This document shows positions 60,801 through 64,000 of a DNA stretch of 64,000 bases, piece after piece. The notes below the pieces were generated by a model. That model saw only the letters and a program-made list of their open reading frames with translations. It did no database searches and was not told the DNA's origin. The translations under genes were made by a program, and so were the position numbers. The stretch covers positions 9,033-73,032 of IMG/VR virus record IMGVR_UViG_3300037313_001002. One strand, written 5' to 3'. Source of the DNA: a virus. Its lineage: Duplodnaviria > Caudoviricetes. Each line of letters starts with the position of its first letter. Position 1 is the first letter of the stretch.

Positions 60801-63800
60801 TGACAGGTTCTTCACGTACTGCCTCACTTTTAGTATTTTCGTCCGTACTTCCGCTTTCGTCATTGGTCGGTTGTATAGCTTCCGAAACGCTTCCAGTTGC
60901 CTGTCCTCCACTTTCAGGTAGTCCGGCAGGTTCTTGTCTTGCTCGTTCATAATCTTTTATTTGGTCGGCTGTAATGCCGTTGGGTTTTAAAGCATCATCA
61001 ACTTCTTTTTTGCCTTTTTCAGATAAATTAGCAATTTTAGCTTTTGGTGTTTCGTCGGTAACGTCTAACTTGGCTTTGGCTTTTTCAATCAGTTCGGGTG
61101 TTAGCTTTTCCCGGTTCTTAGAGTAAGCCATTCTTGCTGAATATTCATCTTCAAAGTTATTAGAAACGATAAGTCCTGATTTTTGGTCGGCTATCACCCA
61201 ATTGCCATCAGGTTTTTCTGCCAATACTAAATAATATTTCCCCTCTAACTTTTTGGGTTGTAAAAGGTGTTTATCCTTAATAGTAAGTTTAGCAGAGGGT
61301 TCGGCTTTCGCTTCCCCCTTTTGTGCTACTTGTGTTTCATCGCCATTCCGTATGCCTTGTGCTTTGGTGCTTTCGGCTTCGGTGACGCTTTCTTCACTTC
61401 CTTTTTCTCCATTTTCTTGCTTTCCTTTTTCATTTTCTGTTGATTTTATTTGTTTGGAATTGTCTCTTTGTGGAGTTTCACCGCCCGAACGAGATTCTCC
61501 ACTTGTTGCTTGTTCATTTTCGGGTTGTTGAATATCTTCCGAAACGCTTCTATGTGTTTCGGCATAATCTCTTGATTTTTCATAATCTTTATATGCTTTA
61601 ATATCATCGTAAGTAATCCCCAAATCTTGTGCAGACTGATTAAATTCATCAATCTGTCTTTGGCTTAACTGGCCTAATTCATTAGTTTTCGCATCTTCAA
61701 TCTGTTTAGCTATCTCATCGGCTGAAATAGTTTCACCTGTTACAGTCGCCCCCCCCTGACCGCGAATAATAGGATATTCACCATTCTTTTCCCATTCCAT
61801 TATTTTAGCAATAACTTTTTTAGCGGGTGCTGTTTCGTAATTGCCTTTTTTAATATCGGATAGTGCCTTCTTGGTATCTATACCTCTAAAGTCAAAGCGT
61901 TCAGATGGGTCGTAATCTGGTCGGCTTTCGGGTATGATTAACCCATGAACAATAGCATCTATGGCTTTTTGTTTTATTTTTTCTTCATCATTTGCTTGAG
62001 TTTCCCTATTTGGGACTTCGGCTGTACCTGCTTGTGGTACGGTAGGTTCTTTTGGTTCGGGTATTCGTCCGCCCACTTTTTCGCCACTTCTGGATGAAAT
62101 TTCCATAGGTATCTGCGTTGACTCTCTGATTGAAATGGTGCCATCTTGCTTATCTATATTAGTTTGAGGTTCTTCATTAACTGTTTGAGCAGGTGTTTCC
62201 TGTGGTATTTCAGGTACGCCATTCGTAAGAGCCTGTTGAGTTTCCTGATGTTCATCATGTTGTTGGTTTATGGTCTTAGCCAGTTCTTTCTTTGCCTGCT
62301 CTTTTGCTTTGGTAAGCCTGTCGATAGCCACTTCTTGTTCTATTTGCGATACAGGGTTGGTATGCTCCTGTTGCGATATGCTGGCTATATCGTTGTCCAA
62401 ACTCGTTATCTGTTCGCCTAACTGCTTCTTTTTACCCTCTAACGGGTCAATAGACTTATACACCTGCTGAACCTTGTCTATCAACAGTTGCTTTTGTTCG
62501 GGCGTAAAATCATTATTCTGTATGCCATCAATAAATCCTTGCGGGTCAGTCATCACCGCTTGCGTAATGCTCTTTACATTCGCCGCTTTCTGATAAGTTG
62601 AACTTGCCGCTATAAACTGCTTTCTCTTTTCTAAATCAGTTTCCTTATTGGCCTTAGCGGCATAATCCACCGCTTCGGCGTTCAGGTCTGCGGCTGACTG
62701 CGGTAATTTATAGGCTTCCTGTATCGCATCGGGGTCGGCTTCGATAAAGCTCTTTACCGCTAATGCCTGCCTATTTTGCTGTAACTGTCGGTCTGCCTCG
62801 CTAAAATCAGCACCTGTTTTACCTGCTTTTAAAGTCCCAAACAAAGCACCGACACCAACATTCTCTTCAATCTCTTTTTTGGACGGCAAGGTTCCATCGG
62901 TTATCAGGTGTGAGATAACAGGATAAGCACCAAATACAGCCGCGTCACTTACAGCATCCGTACCCATCTTGGTCAGTTTACCGTCTTTCAGTATCCCGGT
63001 TTCGGTGATGGTCTTTGCCATTTTAGGCGACACAAAATCCCCTGCTATACTGCCTAAGACATTCATGGTTGCCGCTTCACCACCGCTTTGAACTGCTCCT
63101 TTACCCGCTTCAACAGTAGCTTTTAATGGGCTTAATCCTTTTTGCCGTGCTTGGTCGTAAGCCTCTAAACCACCGTTAATAGCTGAAATCTTGGTAAATG
63201 GGTTGATAGCAATGTTTTTTAATTTGGCTAAAGCGGTAGTATTTACCCCTGCTTCCCCAATATCGGCTACTTCTCCTTCCGGGAAAAACTTTGCTAATCC
63301 AACGATAGGTGCTAAATGAACAACAGCGTTGGTCGTATTGCCTACAAAAGTATCCGGCAATGGGTTATTATAGTCGTCTTTGGCCGTTTCATTATTATAA
63401 GCATCTAATCCTTTAGCGAAATTGGCAACCTTGTCTGAACTGGTAACATCGGCTATAATATGCGAAGCTCCTGCGATTGGCTTTGTTACAGAACCTATCA
63501 GACTGTGCATAGAAACAGGCAATAAGTTTGACCAGCTTCCGGGATGGTCTCTACGGTACTGCGCTTCCTGACGCGCTAATTCCTGATAATATGGACTTCC
63601 GGGATTTTCTAACTGATTTTCAGGTTGCAGTTGTTTATTAATAAAAGCCTTTTCCTGTTCAGGTGTTATCTGCCCTTTATGCCTTAATTCAGAGGCTTTT
63701 TTCTCTTGTTCAAGATCACTGTCGTTAGAAAAGCTGTATGGTTGAAATTGTTGAGGATTATCCTTGCTGTCCTGTTGCTGTTGTGCCCAATCATATCTTT

Positions 63801-64000
63801 GGGAAACTTGGGAATTGTCTAATCCAACCGGAGATGAGCCTGCACCATTCGGCGAAACGGGTTGCGAAACCTCTTTTTTTTTTACCGTCAAATCTTCAAA
63901 AGGATTAACAGCACCGACACTTTTTACCTCCGATGTTATGGCTTTCCCCTGCTTAAACCTACGCAAAGCCTCTAAAGGTGATTCACCGTTATCCTGTGGG
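57814..64000 (-). CDS. Giant (>2050 aa) probable DNA-ejection/internal virion protein; starts beyond the right edge
   Basis: Frame stays open from 63966 to the edge (PQDNGESPLEALRRF...); Ala/Gly-rich helical N-terminus, acidic low-complexity middle, polyvalent-protein-like C-terminus. Confidence 0.65.
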   Translation of the reverse strand, partial: PQDNGESPLEALRRFKQGKAITSEVKSVGAVNPFEDLTVKKKEVSQPVSPNGAGSSPVGLDNSQVSQRYDWAQQQQDSKDNPQQFQPYSFSNDSDLEQEKKASELRHKGQITPEQEKAFINKQLQPENQLENPGSPYYQELARQEAQYRRDHPGSWSNLLPVSMHSLIGSVTKPIAGASHIIADVTSSDKVANFAKGLDAYNNETAKDDYNNPLPDTFVGNTTNAVVHLAPIVGLAKFFPEGEVADIGEAGVNTTALAKLKNIAINPFTKISAINGGLEAYDQARQKGLSPLKATVEAGKGAVQSGGEAATMNVLGSIAGDFVSPKMAKTITETGILKDGKLTKMGTDAVSDAAVFGAYPVISHLITDGTLPSKKEIEENVGVGALFGTLKAGKTGADFSEADRQLQQNRQALAVKSFIEADPDAIQEAYKLPQSAADLNAEAVDYAAKANKETDLEKRKQFIAASSTYQKAANVKSITQAVMTDPQGFIDGIQNNDFTPEQKQLLIDKVQQVYKSIDPLEGKKKQLGEQITSLDNDIASISQQEHTNPVSQIEQEVAIDRLTKAKEQAKKELAKTINQQHDEHQETQQALTNGVPEIPQETPAQTVNEEPQTNIDKQDGTISIRESTQIPMEISSRSGEKVGGRIPEPKEPTVPQAGTAEVPNRETQANDEEKIKQKAIDAIVHGLIIPESRPDYDPSERFDFRGIDTKKALSDIKKGNYETAPAKKVIAKIMEWEKNGEYPIIRGQGGATVTGETISADEIAKQIEDAKTNELGQLSQRQIDEFNQSAQDLGITYDDIKAYKDYEKSRDYAETHRSVSEDIQQPENEQATSGESRSGGETPQRDNSKQIKSTENEKGKQENGEKGSEESVTEAESTKAQGIRNGDETQVAQKGEAKAEPSAKLTIKDKHLLQPKKLEGKYYLVLAEKPDGNWVIADQKSGLIVSNNFEDEYSARMAYSKNREKLTPELIEKAKAKLDVTDETPKAKIANLSEKGKKEVDDALKPNGITADQIKDYERARQEPAGLPESGGQATGSVSEAIQPTNDESGSTDENTKSEAVREEPVSKSDDLKNKLQDAKTELSKALKKSRGQLNTGLDPELVSKFVKVIKAYADVGIHKFHEMVKDWIDTFGKDKVTDDDFDALKAAYAAHVANLPKAERAQYNSLKELDDFMRNDLKVLRGEEDKASLPDYQPATTRRLPTPKVEQEETPQEKQKYSKLSGLRSYAIRNLEQLKQFSKDIQDFEPYREVRKYATSKSQASVILKTATQAITKLVGKDGWQKMREALVESRLRGIRDRWNRYADEVANMSDDKVKTIFDDGEKGNMYDIVKNLKPLQQETNPGKFAVSLIASGRYGEAKEYLANVFRKAADNVLTLGIPFDEMVKDGKFTDPKMQQALEVYKKLLEKPIAESHESNEGIFSDDLGDLKTYYPLIAENAAKPRFIAKGKPYNEPDNILNRFATGQSDRYSTEIADLGNKLTAAIKVNNKANALDELKRVGLIHDVSHNAPDTEKIQIGNDVFDAVKEKVSEGRTIIQDGNIINTKSKYVMMPKWLKGELDPIFNSTDEVDRYNAFGKAFNFLTKVALGGPTEAIAHSYRMLGVITNSVPFMQEWAYKNGIAGEAGGYAANNTFVKKWTGLFKILNTDISSDKALQTIQEMSKLGVIPEKTWTKTWSREFAELTGAKASRIKLGKLDIPNITDFSPILYGEKSIDLKARVMMYNLVKAMNPDATPEQHVKMQNELGVYTKALQSKIERQIKETGLFPYYTFGSSIYRSGLKSVFGANPLPIDAKANPAQFARYKAAQLITNGVIGTVGSWMLIYHAQTGKWPWEDESSKLGRIPFPDWAKNDLTQQFFTDKNGDWEDIDLWRLNNPVFERGARVIGAEKAYETNQLGGTPGQTVEAGATQALNTALSPFTSSPAVQFATAATTGSAPYITGLRDDKGKPAPQLFKKVKATPFGTQPIANTYSAVKEVNPFVNIGLNALNNQTGYEKSLFGLKQIDNSDRLDEAGSPLGFVLNMALPYMFVPHGNDEIKKHYIEKGQQDLEKTIAREQEKEGD

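Noticed and set aside
1-64000. Stop-codon reassignment (TAG/TGA), known in some crAss-like phages
   Set aside because: Long structural genes (831, 1114 and >2050 aa) are intact in code 11, and TAA, TAG and TGA all end coupled genes.
1-64000. CRISPR array or diversity-generating retroelement
   Set aside because: No regularly spaced repeats, no reverse transcriptase ORF and no TR/VR pair seen by eye.

Overview
The window is about 64 kb of a Bacteroidota-infecting dsDNA phage genome, cut at both edges, with no flanking host DNA recognisable. Host evidence is recurrent TAnnTTTG-type -7 promoter boxes and AT-rich leaders without Shine-Dalgarno sites. Left arm (minus strand): a crAss-like/Crassvirales-style packaging and head module, reading TerL, portal, gene-77-like, major capsid, HNH, gene-75-like and three tail ring proteins. 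It runs directly into a phage-borne deoxyhypusine-synthase-family gene truncated at the left edge. Upstream lie a tandem GroES-like co-chaperonin and a nine-gene glycan-modification cassette (GT-A and GT-B glycosyltransferases, methyltransferase, O-acetyltransferase, DUF5672). Next come a lambdoid-style replication pair (initiator plus DnaB-like helicase), an ECF-like sigma factor, NinB, a T5orf172-SLOG fusion and a RepL-like gene. The middle (about 31-47.7 kb, mostly plus strand) holds many small early genes, an SSB-like gene, DUF1064 and HNH nucleases, and a 190-nt tRNA-shaped RNA with a long insertion. Right arm (minus strand): GH108 endolysin with several membrane proteins, a tail fibre with an SGNH esterase domain, a beta-helix/Ig-repeat appendage, and a >2050-aa probable ejection protein truncated at the right edge. 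Three long 5' leaders share an overlapping two-helix (pseudoknot or switch) architecture. No integrase, DNA polymerase, virion RNA polymerase motif, reverse transcriptase, CRISPR array or stop-codon recoding is seen. All family assignments are from motif recognition by eye and need HMM or structure confirmation.
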